Shown here: positions 9,935 to 19,905 of the stretch, in pieces
Layout: each line of letters opens with the position of its first letter
Numbering within the stretch: position 1 is the first letter of the stretch
Source: Leucobacter sp.
GTDB taxonomy: Bacteria > Actinomycetota > Actinomycetes > Actinomycetales > Microbacteriaceae
NCBI GenBank assembly: GCA_047973175.1
Contig: JBKEBN010000105.1
Location: forward strand, 2,452-66,451
Length of the DNA: 64,000 bases
Direction: 5' to 3'
Position numbers and translations under genes: made by a program
The notes under the pieces: generated by a model
Seen by the model: the letters and a program-made list of their open reading frames with translations, nothing else
The model's database searches: none
Told to the model about the DNA's origin: nothing

Positions 9935-10927
9935 ATGGCCGAGAGAAGTCACACCCTCATCACCGGGGCCGGCATGCTCGGTGCCTACACCGCGCGGCGA
10001 CTGCTCGACGCCGGTCACCGGGTGACCCTGCTCGACCGCCAGGTGCCGCACGAGTACCTGAGCGCGGTGCTCGGCGACCGGGAGTTCGACACGGTCGAGG
10101 TCGACCTCACCGACCTCGCGGCGACCGAGCGCGTGCTCGCGGAGGTCGCGGCTGCCGGGGTCGACGGCGTGGTGCACACGGCGGCGCTCATCGCGGCCAG
10201 GGCCCAGCGCGACGCGCTCGAAACGCTGGAGGTGAACGTCGCGGTGCCGATGCGGCTCGCAGAGTGGGCTGCCGGCGTCGGTGCGCGCCGCTTTGTCACC
10301 GTCAGCAGCTGGAGCGTCTTCGACGAGGGCCAGCCCGGCCCGATCACCGAGCAGTCGCGACTCGTGACCCAGTTCAAGGCCTACTACATCGCGTCGAAGC
10401 TCGCGATGGAGCACATGCTGAGCGCGCAGGCGAACGCGTCGGGCCTGGAGATCGTCGCGCTGCGACCGGCCGTGATCTACGGTTACGGCCCGAACCTCGG
10501 CGGCAGTGTCGGCAGTGCGACCATCGAGAAGCAGGTGCTGCGCGCCCTCGACGGCGCGGAGGTGGTGCTGCCGAGCAACATCATCTCGCAGACCGAGCTG
10601 GTGTACGTCGACGACGTCGCCGCGATGGCGGTCGCCGCGCTCGGCGTCGAGCTGGAGCAGCCCTTCGCCTCGTTCACCGCGGGATCGCAGGAGACCACGA
10701 CGCTCGAAGAGCTTGCTGACACGTTCCGCGAGCTCTTCCCCGGCGTGCCGGTGTCGATCGCTCCGGGGAGCGACTCGTCGGTGATCCCGCCCAAGCAGGA
10801 TCAGCCGACGGACCTGGCGGACACGCTGCGCACGCTCGCGCTGGAGACGCCATTGCGCCGTCGCGAGGGATTCGAGCGCTTCGTCGCGGAGCTGCGCGAA
10901 GCCGGAGCGAGAGGAGTGGCACGATGA
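9935..10927 (+). CDS. NAD-dependent epimerase/dehydratase (extended SDR)
   Basis: ITGAGMLG, HTAA, YIASK, LRPAVIYG, VYVDDVA. Confidence 0.85.
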   Translation: MAERSHTLITGAGMLGAYTARRLLDAGHRVTLLDRQVPHEYLSAVLGDREFDTVEVDLTDLAATERVLAEVAAAGVDGVVHTAALIAARAQRDALETLEVNVAVPMRLAEWAAGVGARRFVTVSSWSVFDEGQPGPITEQSRLVTQFKAYYIASKLAMEHMLSAQANASGLEIVALRPAVIYGYGPNLGGSVGSATIEKQVLRALDGAEVVLPSNIISQTELVYVDDVAAMAVAALGVELEQPFASFTAGSQETTTLEELADTFRELFPGVPVSIAPGSDSSVIPPKQDQPTDLADTLRTLALETPLRRREGFERFVAELREAGARGVAR

Positions 10928-12432
10928 GCGAGACCAGTGCGACGAGCGGGATCGAGTACCACGAGACGGTGATCGTCGGGGTCGGGTTCAGCGGCATCGC
11001 GATGGCGCACGACCTGCTGCAGAGCGGTCGGGAGGATTTCGTGCTGCTCGAGAAGAGCGACGCGATCGGCGGGGTGTGGCGCGACAACACGTACCCGAAC
11101 GCCGCCTGCGACGTGCAGGCGCACCTCTACAGCCTGTCGTTCGCGCAGAACCCGGAGTGGTCGAGCAACTACGCGGGCCAGACCGAGATCTGGGCGTACC
11201 AGCACCGCGTCATCGACGACCTCGGCATCGGCGACCGGATTCGCCTCGACACGGGGCTGGTCTCCGCCCGCTGGGTGGGTGAGGATGAGCAGTGGGAGCT
11301 GAGCCTGTCGACGGTGGATCGGCTGCGCTGCCGGTTTCTGGTCTCCGCGATCGGCTCGCTGAACCAGCCGCTGATCCCGAAGCTCGAGGGCTTCGACGAC
11401 TACCGCGGCGAGATCGTGCACACCGCCGAGTGGCACGACGGCATCTCGATGTCGGGCAAGCGGGTCGCCGTGATCGGCGCGGGCGCGAGCGCGATCCAGG
11501 TGGTGCCGGCAGCGGTCGACGAGGCCGAGGCGGTGTTCGTCTCGGTGCGCACCGCGCCGCACGTCATGCCGAAGCCCGAGGAGTTCTACGGCGAGGAGGA
11601 GAAGCAGTTCTTCCGCGAGCACCCCGAGGAGCTGGAGCGCCGCCGCAGGGAGCTCTACGACTACTGGAACTACTCGACCCACTCCCAGGCGGTGATGGAC
11701 GAGGCATTTCTCGGTGAGGTCGAGGGAGTCTGGCAGGCGCACATGGAATCGGCGATCGCAGACCCCGAGCTGCGGCGCATCCTGACGCCCGATTCGCGCT
11801 TCGGCTGCCGTCGCCCGGTCGTCTCGAACCACTGGTACCCGGCGCTCGCCGACCCGAAGACCCGCGTCACACCGAGTGGCGTGGTCGGGCTGACCGAGCG
11901 CGGCGTGCGCACCTCCGACGGCGAGGAGTGGGACGCGGATCTGGTGGTGCTCGCGACCGGCTTTCGCGCGACCGACATGCTCGACTCCGTGGAGTTTCGG
12001 GGTGCCGACGGGCGCACGCTGGTCGAGACCTGGGTCGACGGACCAGAGGGGGTCAACGCCACGGTGGTGAAGGGCTTTCCGAATCTCTTCATCATGACGG
12101 GGCCGAACTACCAGGCTTCGGGATCGATCATCGGCGTCATCGAGGCGCAGAGCGCGTACGTCGCGAAGCTGATGGATCTCGCGGATGAGGCGGGTGCCGC
12201 CGCTGTCGTCGTCACGGATGAGGCCCAGGCCGCGTTCAACGACAGGCTCGACGAGATGATGGCTCGAACCGTGTGGGAGGCCGGCGGCTGCCACAGTTTC
12301 TACCGCATCGGCAGCACCGGCCGCGTCGCGGTCAAGTGGCCGGGCAGCCTCGCCGAGTTCGAAGAGGCGGTCGCGCAGATCGACCGCAACGACTACCGCC
12401 TGCTCGGGCAGGCCGCGGACGATTTCCGCTGA
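10924..12432 (+). CDS. Class B flavin monooxygenase (Baeyer-Villiger type)
   Basis: GVGFSG, GGVWRDNTYPNAACD, YRGEIVHTAEW (FxGxxxHxxxW variant), GAGASA, GCRR, ATGF. Confidence 0.92.
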   Translation: MSETSATSGIEYHETVIVGVGFSGIAMAHDLLQSGREDFVLLEKSDAIGGVWRDNTYPNAACDVQAHLYSLSFAQNPEWSSNYAGQTEIWAYQHRVIDDLGIGDRIRLDTGLVSARWVGEDEQWELSLSTVDRLRCRFLVSAIGSLNQPLIPKLEGFDDYRGEIVHTAEWHDGISMSGKRVAVIGAGASAIQVVPAAVDEAEAVFVSVRTAPHVMPKPEEFYGEEEKQFFREHPEELERRRRELYDYWNYSTHSQAVMDEAFLGEVEGVWQAHMESAIADPELRRILTPDSRFGCRRPVVSNHWYPALADPKTRVTPSGVVGLTERGVRTSDGEEWDADLVVLATGFRATDMLDSVEFRGADGRTLVETWVDGPEGVNATVVKGFPNLFIMTGPNYQASGSIIGVIEAQSAYVAKLMDLADEAGAAAVVVTDEAQAAFNDRLDEMMARTVWEAGGCHSFYRIGSTGRVAVKWPGSLAEFEEAVAQIDRNDYRLLGQAADDFR

Positions 12433-12537
12433 CAAGAAAACCATGGGTGCGGCCCCCCGAGCCGACTTAGCTGGGGGTGTACGCACCGAATACTGCCGCG
12501 GAGACTCCTCTCCGACGGCGAGTTCAAAGGAGAACAA

Positions 12538-14649
12538 GTGGGCTACATCATCGGAGTCGATGTCGGCGGAACGTTCACAGACGGCGTTCTGGCCGACGGC
12601 GAGGGCAAGATCTACGGCGCGAAAGCACCGAGCACCCCTCCCAATTACACCGGCGGATTCTTCGAGGTGCTCGAAGAACTCGCCGAGCAGGCGGGTCTCA
12701 CCCTGCGCGAGATGCTGGAGAACACGCACCACATCTCGCACGGCACGACCTCGTCGTTGAACGCGCTGGTCATGGGCACCGTGCCCGACATCGGGTTCAT
12801 CACCACTCGCGGCCACCGCGATTCGATCTACATCATGAACGTCGAGGGGCGTTACCTCGGCAGTTCGCCCGAGCAGCTGCAGAGCGTCATCACCCAGTCG
12901 AAGTCGCACGCGCTGATCCCTCGCAACCTCGCGTACGAGGTCACGGAGCGCGTCGACCGCGACGGCAACGTGCTCGTGCAGCTCGATGAGGAAGAGGTGC
13001 GGCAGGCCGCCCGCGAACTGGTGGAGGCCGGCGTTCCCGCGATCGCGGTGAGCCTGCTCTGGTCGTTCCGCAACGACGCCCACGAGAAGCGGGTCCGCGA
13101 GATCATCGCCGAGGTCGCGCCCGACATGTTCGTGGCCATCTCGAGCGAGGTCAGCCCGCGCATCCGCGAGTTCTCGCGCAGCGCGACGACCATCATGAGC
13201 GCGCAGATCGCCCCCGGCCTCCGCGCGTACCTGGGCGACCTCGAAGCGCGCCTGCGCGAGAACGGACTCGTCGACGGCCAGCTGCTCATCATGCAGAGCA
13301 ACGGCGGCGCGATCGTGGCGGAGGACGCCCCGAGCCACGCGATCAGCACCGTCGGCTCGGTGCTCACCGGCGGCGTGGTCGGCGCGGTCGCCCTGGGCGG
13401 CCAGCTGGATCACCGGAACATCATCGCCACCGATGTCGGCGGCACCACCTTCCTCACCGGCATGGTGGTCGACGGCGAGCCCGTGCGTTCGACCACGACG
13501 GTGATGAACCACCACCCGATCAACGTGCCCCGCGTCGAGGTCGACGCCATCGGCTCGGGCGGCGGCGCGATCGCGTGGCTCGACCAGGGCGGCAACCTGC
13601 TCGTCGGGCCGAAGAGCGCGCAGGCCGTGCCCGGCCCCGCCTGCTACGACCAGGGCGGCACCGAACCCACCAACACCGACGCCAACCTGGTGCTCGGGAT
13701 CCTGCCTGAGCGCGGTCTTCTCGGCGGCCGCAAGGCGCTCGACAGGGAGAAGTCGCGCGAGGCGATTCGCACCCGCATCGCGGAGCCTCTCGGCTTGAGC
13801 ATCGAGGATGCGGCCGCCGCGATCTACGCGGTGCAGATCAACCAGACCGCCGACCTGCTGCGCAAGACGGTCGTCGAGGCCGGTCACGACCCGCGCGAGT
13901 TCGTGCTCTACGCCTTCGGCGGTGCGGGCCCGGCCAACTGCGCGGGCTACGCGGCCGAGCTCGGAGTCGAGAAGGTGGTCGTGCCCCTCGGCCCGCTGGC
14001 GTCGGCGTTCTCGGCGTACGGCCTCGCGACCTCCGACGTCGTGCTGACGGGCGAGTACTCCGATCCCACGCAGCTGCCGACCGACCCGAAGACCGTCGAG
14101 GGCAACTTCATGCGGCTCGAGACCGAGATGCTGGAGGCGCTGGAGGCGCAGGGCATGGAGTTCGCGAGCGTCGAACTCGTGCGCGAGCTCGACATGCGCT
14201 ACGCGATGCAGCTCGCCGAGCTGCCGACCGAAGTGGGCAGGCCGGTGACCGAGGGCGAGTTGCAGGCCGCGATGGATCGCTTCGAGCAGCAGTACGCCGA
14301 GCTGTTCGGCGAGGGCTCCGGGTTCTCCGCGGCCGGCATTCAGGGCATCACCTACCGCGTGCGCGCGGTGGGCAAGCTCGACACCGACCTCGAGGTGCCG
14401 GCCCCGACCCCGGCGGAGAGCCACGACGCCTCCGCGGCGGTCGTCGGCACCCGACCGGTGCGCCTGGACGAGCACGGCTACCGGCCGACCACCATCTACG
14501 ACTACACGAAGCTGAAGCCGGGGCACGAGCTCCTGGGGCCGGCCGTCATCGAGGTTCCGACGACCACGGTCGTGCTGCCCAGCGGCATGACCGGCGTCAT
14601 CGACCGCCTCGGCAACCTTGAAATCAACACTCAGAAGGGAGCGCACTGA
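12538..14649 (+). CDS. Hydantoinase A / 5-oxoprolinase / acetone carboxylase beta family ATPase subunit
   Basis: GVDVGGTFTD, HGTT, DVGGTT, IGSGGG, GPKSAQAVPGPACY, FGGAGP. Confidence 0.92.
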   Translation: MGYIIGVDVGGTFTDGVLADGEGKIYGAKAPSTPPNYTGGFFEVLEELAEQAGLTLREMLENTHHISHGTTSSLNALVMGTVPDIGFITTRGHRDSIYIMNVEGRYLGSSPEQLQSVITQSKSHALIPRNLAYEVTERVDRDGNVLVQLDEEEVRQAARELVEAGVPAIAVSLLWSFRNDAHEKRVREIIAEVAPDMFVAISSEVSPRIREFSRSATTIMSAQIAPGLRAYLGDLEARLRENGLVDGQLLIMQSNGGAIVAEDAPSHAISTVGSVLTGGVVGAVALGGQLDHRNIIATDVGGTTFLTGMVVDGEPVRSTTTVMNHHPINVPRVEVDAIGSGGGAIAWLDQGGNLLVGPKSAQAVPGPACYDQGGTEPTNTDANLVLGILPERGLLGGRKALDREKSREAIRTRIAEPLGLSIEDAAAAIYAVQINQTADLLRKTVVEAGHDPREFVLYAFGGAGPANCAGYAAELGVEKVVVPLGPLASAFSAYGLATSDVVLTGEYSDPTQLPTDPKTVEGNFMRLETEMLEALEAQGMEFASVELVRELDMRYAMQLAELPTEVGRPVTEGELQAAMDRFEQQYAELFGEGSGFSAAGIQGITYRVRAVGKLDTDLEVPAPTPAESHDASAAVVGTRPVRLDEHGYRPTTIYDYTKLKPGHELLGPAVIEVPTTTVVLPSGMTGVIDRLGNLEINTQKGAH

Positions 14650-16964
14650 TGAACGCGGTCATTCCCGGCTCGGAGAAGTTCGCCAGCCGCCCGGTTTCCC
14701 CCGAAGAGCTCGCGGCGAAGCTGCCGGAGTCTCTGAAGGTGCACACCGTCACCCAGGAGCAGATCGACGCCGTCGACCCGCTCACCTACGAGGTCATCCG
14801 CCACCGCATCTGGTCGGTCACCGACGAGATGGGCGAGTCGCTCAAGCGCATGTCGGGTTCGCCGATCGTCACCGACGCGAACGACTTCGACTTCGCGATC
14901 AGCGACGAGTTCGGCCAGGAGGTGCTGGTCGGCCTGTACAACACGGGCCTCGTCGGTGCCGTCGACCTCGCGATCTACTGGACGCTCGAGCACCGCTCGC
15001 AGAACCCGGGCATCTCCGAGGGCGACATGTTTCTCAACAACGACCCGTGGGTCGGCGGCGGGCTGCACCAGAACGACGCGATCGTGTTTCAGCCGATCTT
15101 CTACAACGGCGAGCTCTTCGGCTGGACGAGCGGCATCTGCCACGAGGCCGATCTCGGCGGCGTGGGCCTCGGCTCCTTCTCGCCGGCTGCGCAGGATGTC
15201 TTCTCGGAGTCGGTGCCGACCCCGCCGGTGAAGGTGGTGCGCGACGGCGTGATCCAGCAGGACATCGCCGACATGTGGGTGCGCCGCTCGCGCGTGCCGC
15301 TGCTCGTCGAGCTCGACCTGCACGCGCAGGTCGGCGCGAACAACGTCGGCCGCATGCGCATGCTGGAGATCATCGAGCGCTACGGCCCCGACACGGTGAA
15401 GGCCGTGATGAAGCGCATGATGAACGATGCCGAGGGCCGCCTCAAGGACAAGCTGCGGGCGCTGCCCGACGGCACCTGGCGGGCGAGCGGCTACCAGGAT
15501 CAGTCGCACGACGGCGACCGAGGTCTGCACAAGATCACGGTGTCGATGACCAAGACCGACGACCGCCTGAGCTTCGATTTCACCGGGACGGATCCGTCTG
15601 CCGGCGTCATCAATTGCACCTACGCGGGCATGCGCGGCGGCATCATGATCGCGCTGCTGCCGATCCTCGCCCACGACATCCCGTGGTCGGCCGGCGGGCT
15701 CATGCGCTGCTTCGACATTGTCTCCGATGAGGGCACGCTCAACAACGCGCAGTTCCCGGCCGCGGTGAGTCGCGGCCCGATCGGCCCGTCGTGGCAGACC
15801 GGCACGCTGGTCGCGGAGTGCCTGTCGCAGATGATCGACCAGACGGCCGACATCGGCAAGAGCGTGCAGGCGGCCTGCTGCGGCACCTGGGACACCGCCG
15901 TGATCGCCGGTCTCGACCAGCGCGGCGAGGTGCCGATCCCGTTCCTCAACATCCTCATGGAGCCGATGGCCGGCGGCTACGGTGCGAGGCCCGAGGCCGA
16001 CGGCATGGACACGGGCGGGCTGTTCTGCATTCCGATGGGTCGCATCCCCGACACCGAGATGTCGGAGTTCCTCTACCCGATGCTCGTGCTGTGGCGTCGG
16101 GAGGAGCCCGACTCCGGCGGCCCCGGCCGTCAGCGCGGCGGGGTGAGCGCGTCGCTCGCGATGACCCCGTACGGCACGCAGGTGCCGGTGGGTCTCGTGC
16201 TCGCCTCGGCGGGCAAGGCGGTCGCGCAGAACACGGGCCTCTCCGGCGGCTACCCGGGCAACAGCGGCCTCGAACTCATCGCCCGCGGCAGCGACGTGCT
16301 CGGCACGCTCGCCGAGGGGACGATCCCCACCGACATGAGCGAGGTCGGCGGCACGATCGAGGTCGGGCAGAACTACTCGACGCTCGCGGTCAACCCCGGT
16401 GAGGTGCTGTACATGCACTGGCAGGGCGGCGGAGGCTATGGCGACCCGCTGCTGCGCGACGTCGAGGCGATCCAGCGCGACATCGACGCCGAGAAGATCA
16501 CCGTGCAGGGCGCATCGGACTCCTACGGGGCCGTGGTCGCCGACGGCCGGGTCGATGCCGCGGCAACCGAACTGCGGCGAGCAGAGATCCGTGCTGCGCG
16601 AGAGGGTCGAGCAGGGTCGGGATCGGGCTCCGCGTCCGGTGAATGCATCGATATCGCAGGGGCGCGCCACATCAACGACTCGCTCGTGCAGTCGGGGTCG
16701 GGTGCCGGTGCCAAGATCGCCTGTTCGCAGTGCGGCGAGGTGCTGGCCGAGGTCGGCCGTGACGAGCGGCTGAAGCTGCGGCGCATCGACGCGGCCTCCG
16801 CGGCGGCCGGCCCGCAGATCACGGCCGTCGCGTCGGACTACGTCGACGGCGAGGTCGTGTTCAGGCAGTACTGCTGCCCGGGCTGCTGGACGGCGTCGTG
16901 GTCGGGCATCGTGCCCGTCGACCACCCGGACTACGCGACCGAGCTCGGGGCCCTGCAGGTCTGA
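14649..16964 (+). CDS. Hydantoinase B / oxoprolinase-family subunit with C-terminal acetone-carboxylase-gamma-like Cys4 domain
   Basis: GDMFLNNDPW..GLHQND, DSGGPGRQRGG, GGGGYGDPL; C-terminal CSQC...YCCPGC. Confidence 0.88.
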   Translation: MNAVIPGSEKFASRPVSPEELAAKLPESLKVHTVTQEQIDAVDPLTYEVIRHRIWSVTDEMGESLKRMSGSPIVTDANDFDFAISDEFGQEVLVGLYNTGLVGAVDLAIYWTLEHRSQNPGISEGDMFLNNDPWVGGGLHQNDAIVFQPIFYNGELFGWTSGICHEADLGGVGLGSFSPAAQDVFSESVPTPPVKVVRDGVIQQDIADMWVRRSRVPLLVELDLHAQVGANNVGRMRMLEIIERYGPDTVKAVMKRMMNDAEGRLKDKLRALPDGTWRASGYQDQSHDGDRGLHKITVSMTKTDDRLSFDFTGTDPSAGVINCTYAGMRGGIMIALLPILAHDIPWSAGGLMRCFDIVSDEGTLNNAQFPAAVSRGPIGPSWQTGTLVAECLSQMIDQTADIGKSVQAACCGTWDTAVIAGLDQRGEVPIPFLNILMEPMAGGYGARPEADGMDTGGLFCIPMGRIPDTEMSEFLYPMLVLWRREEPDSGGPGRQRGGVSASLAMTPYGTQVPVGLVLASAGKAVAQNTGLSGGYPGNSGLELIARGSDVLGTLAEGTIPTDMSEVGGTIEVGQNYSTLAVNPGEVLYMHWQGGGGYGDPLLRDVEAIQRDIDAEKITVQGASDSYGAVVADGRVDAAATELRRAEIRAAREGRAGSGSGSASGECIDIAGARHINDSLVQSGSGAGAKIACSQCGEVLAEVGRDERLKLRRIDAASAAAGPQITAVASDYVDGEVVFRQYCCPGCWTASWSGIVPVDHPDYATELGALQV

Positions 16965-16977
16965 TGACCTGCGCGGG

Positions 16978-17010
16978 AGGGGCCGGCCGGAGGCTTCGCG
17001 GTCGGCCCCT
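16978..17010 (+). terminator. Stem-loop between hydantoinase B and the hydroxylase gene
   Basis: AGGGGCCGGCCG / CGGTCGGCCCCT followed by only a short T run. Confidence 0.45.
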
Positions 17011-17045
17011 TTCCAGACACCGTTCGACAGTCGAAGGAGAGTGAC

Positions 17046-18974
17046 GTGCAGTTCTACCGCGACGGGTTCCATCCCGGCGACCCGACCATCCACCCGACCC
17101 CGGCGCAGGTCGGCCCGCGCGCTCCGCTCAGCGCGGACGGGCGCGTCGACGAGGTCGACGTGCTCATCATCGGCAGCGGCCCCGCCGGGCTCATGCTCTC
17201 CGCCTACCTCTCGCAGTTCCCCGACATTAGCACCCGCATCGTCGAGCGGCGCGACGGGCGACTGCTGCTCGGCCAGGCCGACGGCATCGCCTGCCGCACC
17301 GTCGAGACGTTCGAGGCGTTCGGGCTCGCCCAGAAGCTCATCGACGAGGCCTACTGGGTGAACGAGACCGTCTTCTGGCGGCCCGATCCCGATCGGCGCG
17401 ACGCGATCGTGCGCACCGGCCGGGTGCAAGACGTCGCAGACGGGCTCAGCGAGTTTCCGCACGTCATCGTCAACCAGGCCCGCATTCAGGACTACCTGCT
17501 CGAGTTCATGGAGCGCAGCGCTTCGCGCCTCGAGCCCGACTACGGCCTCGAGTTCGCGGGCCTCGAGGTCGACCGCTCCGCGGAGTTCCCGGTGACCGCG
17601 ACGCTGCGCGACACCGCCACCGACGAGCTGCGCACGGTGCGCGCCAGGTATCTCGTCGGCACGGACGGTGCCCGCAGCGGCGTGCGCAAGGCCATCGACC
17701 GCGGCCTCCACGGCGACGCCGCCGGGCACGCCTGGGGCGTCATGGACATCCTCGCGGTCACCGACTTCCCCGACATTCGCCTGAAGGCCGCGATCCAATC
17801 GGCCGACCGCGGCAGCATCCTGCTCATCCCCCGCGAGGGCGGCAACCTCGTGCGCCTCTACGTCGACCTCGGCGTGGTCGACGACGAGAACCGCGCCGAG
17901 GTGCGCGGCAAGACGGCCGAGCAGATCGTGGAGATCGCGCGCGAGGTGCTGCACCCCTACTCGCTCGACGTGAGAGAGACCGTGTGGTGGTCGGTCTACG
18001 AGGTCGCGCAGCGGGTCACCGACGGCTTCGACGACGTCGCCGGCCCCGACCGGCCCACCGCCGATCCGCGCGTCTTCATCGCCGGCGACGCCTGCCACAC
18101 GCACAGCGCGAAGGCCGGTCAGGGCATGAACGTGTCGATGCAGGACACACTGAATCTCGGCTGGAAGCTCGGCGCCGTGCTCAGGGGCCTCGCCGATCCC
18201 GAACTGCTCGAAAGCTACTCGAACGAGCGGCAGCCTGTGGCGCAGGGCCTCATCGACTTCGACCGCGAGTGGTCGGCGATGATGGCGGCGGGGCCGCGGG
18301 ATCCCGAGCATCCCGAGCGCGGCGGCGTCGACCCTGCCGAGCTGCAGGAGTACTTCGTGCGCGCCGGTCAGTACACGGCCGGGCTGGGCGTGCAGTATCC
18401 CCCTGGTCCCCTCACGGGAGGGGCGGACCACCAGGGTCTCGCGACCGGCTACCCGGTGGGTCGCCGCTTCCACTCGGCACCGGTGACGCGCATCGCCGAC
18501 GCGCTGCGCACGGAACTCGGCCACGCGCACCGCGCCGACGGACGCTGGCGGCTCTACCTCTTCGCTGACGCAAGCGAGGAACGCTTCGAGGCGCTGTGCG
18601 CCTGGCTCGCGGAGGATCCCGACTCGCCGATCGTGCGGCACACTCCCGCCGACGCCGATATCGACGCCGTCATCGACGTGCTCGGCATCGTGCAGCGACC
18701 TCACGCCGAGGTCGACGTGAACGCGCTGCCGGCCCTGCTGCGCCCGCGCACCGGCCGCTACGGCCTGATCGATCAGCAGAAGGCGTTCAGCGCGCTCAGC
18801 CGCGAGAACAACTACGACCTGCGGCTCGACATCTTCGAGCAGCGCGGCATCGACCGTTCGCTGGGTGCCGCGGTGCTCGTGCGCCCCGACCAGTACGTCG
18901 CGCAGGTGCTGCCGCTCGATGACACCGCGACGCTGAGCGGGTTCTTCGCGGGCGTGCTGCGCGCGGCCGACTGA
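17046..18974 (+). CDS. mobA: FAD-dependent phenol hydroxylase family; probable 3-hydroxybenzoate 4-monooxygenase (MobA-like)
   Basis: MQFYRDGFHPGDP N-terminus, GSGPAG, GQADG, GDACHTHSAKAGQGMN, C-terminal thioredoxin-like VRPDQYVA. Confidence 0.75.
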   Translation: MQFYRDGFHPGDPTIHPTPAQVGPRAPLSADGRVDEVDVLIIGSGPAGLMLSAYLSQFPDISTRIVERRDGRLLLGQADGIACRTVETFEAFGLAQKLIDEAYWVNETVFWRPDPDRRDAIVRTGRVQDVADGLSEFPHVIVNQARIQDYLLEFMERSASRLEPDYGLEFAGLEVDRSAEFPVTATLRDTATDELRTVRARYLVGTDGARSGVRKAIDRGLHGDAAGHAWGVMDILAVTDFPDIRLKAAIQSADRGSILLIPREGGNLVRLYVDLGVVDDENRAEVRGKTAEQIVEIAREVLHPYSLDVRETVWWSVYEVAQRVTDGFDDVAGPDRPTADPRVFIAGDACHTHSAKAGQGMNVSMQDTLNLGWKLGAVLRGLADPELLESYSNERQPVAQGLIDFDREWSAMMAAGPRDPEHPERGGVDPAELQEYFVRAGQYTAGLGVQYPPGPLTGGADHQGLATGYPVGRRFHSAPVTRIADALRTELGHAHRADGRWRLYLFADASEERFEALCAWLAEDPDSPIVRHTPADADIDAVIDVLGIVQRPHAEVDVNALPALLRPRTGRYGLIDQQKAFSALSRENNYDLRLDIFEQRGIDRSLGAAVLVRPDQYVAQVLPLDDTATLSGFFAGVLRAAD

Positions 18975-19102
18975 AGCTCCGCTGCGGAGGCAGCGTCGGC
19001 GGTGCGGTGACCCGGGTTCGGGCCGCGCCGTGGTCGAGCGTGCGCCGCGGCAGGGCTAATCTGGAGTGGCCCGCCGACCCGCACGCGACCCGAGGAGGGA
19101 CG

Positions 19103-19876
19103 ATGGCCCAGGAGCCGCAGAACGGCGATTTCGTGCAGTCCCTCGCGCGCGGGATCGCGGTGATTCGCGCGTTCGACGCCGAGCACGCCGAGCTCACCCT
19201 GAGCGAGGCCGCGAAGCGGGCCGAGATCCCGGCGGCAGCCGCTCGGCGCTTTCTGCGCACGCTCGAGACGCTCGGCTACGTGCGCGGTGACGGCAAGCGG
19301 TTCGCGCTCACGCCGCGCGTGCTCGAACTCGGCTTCAGCTATCTCTCTGCGCTGTCGCTTCCCGAGATCATGCAGCCGCACCTCGAACGGCTCTCCCGCG
19401 AGGTCGACGAGTCGGTGTCGGCCGCGGTGCTCGCCGGTGCCGACATCGTCTACGTCGCCCGCGTGCCCACCCGCCGCATCATGAGCGTGCGCATCACCAT
19501 CGGCACCAGCTTCCCCGCGTACGCGACGAGCATGGGGCGGGTGCTGCTCGCGGCGCTGCCCGACGCCGAACTCGCTCGCGAGCTCGGCGCGATCCGCCCC
19601 GAGCGGCTCACCGACCGCACGATCACCGATCCCGCGTCGCTCGCAGCCGAGATCGTCGGGGTTCGGGATCGCGGCTACGCCATCGTCGACGGCGAGCTCG
19701 AAGCCGGGCTGCGCTCCGTCGCGGTTCCGGTGCGCGGGCGCGACGGGAGGGTGGCCGCCGCTATCAACGTGTCGACGAGCGCGACCCGTGACTCGGTGGA
19801 GCACCTGCGCGAGCACCACCTGCCGCTCTTGCTGGGCACCGCCCGCGCGATCGAGAACGAGCTGCGACTGATCTGA
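19103..19876 (+). CDS. pcaR: PcaR/PobR-type IclR regulator
   Basis: DFVQSLARG, ARRFLRTL, FALTPRVLELGFSYL, PAYATSMGRVLLA; RBS GAGGAGG. Confidence 0.85.
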   Translation: MAQEPQNGDFVQSLARGIAVIRAFDAEHAELTLSEAAKRAEIPAAAARRFLRTLETLGYVRGDGKRFALTPRVLELGFSYLSALSLPEIMQPHLERLSREVDESVSAAVLAGADIVYVARVPTRRIMSVRITIGTSFPAYATSMGRVLLAALPDAELARELGAIRPERLTDRTITDPASLAAEIVGVRDRGYAIVDGELEAGLRSVAVPVRGRDGRVAAAINVSTSATRDSVEHLREHHLPLLLGTARAIENELRLI

Positions 19877-19905
19877 GCCTGGCACCTCGGTGCCGATCCC
19901 GAACC

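Noticed and set aside
10801..18704. Very long minus-strand ORFs (1281 and 1357 aa)
   Set aside because: Antisense shadows of well-supported plus-strand genes, expected from high-GC codon bias; no recognisable motifs
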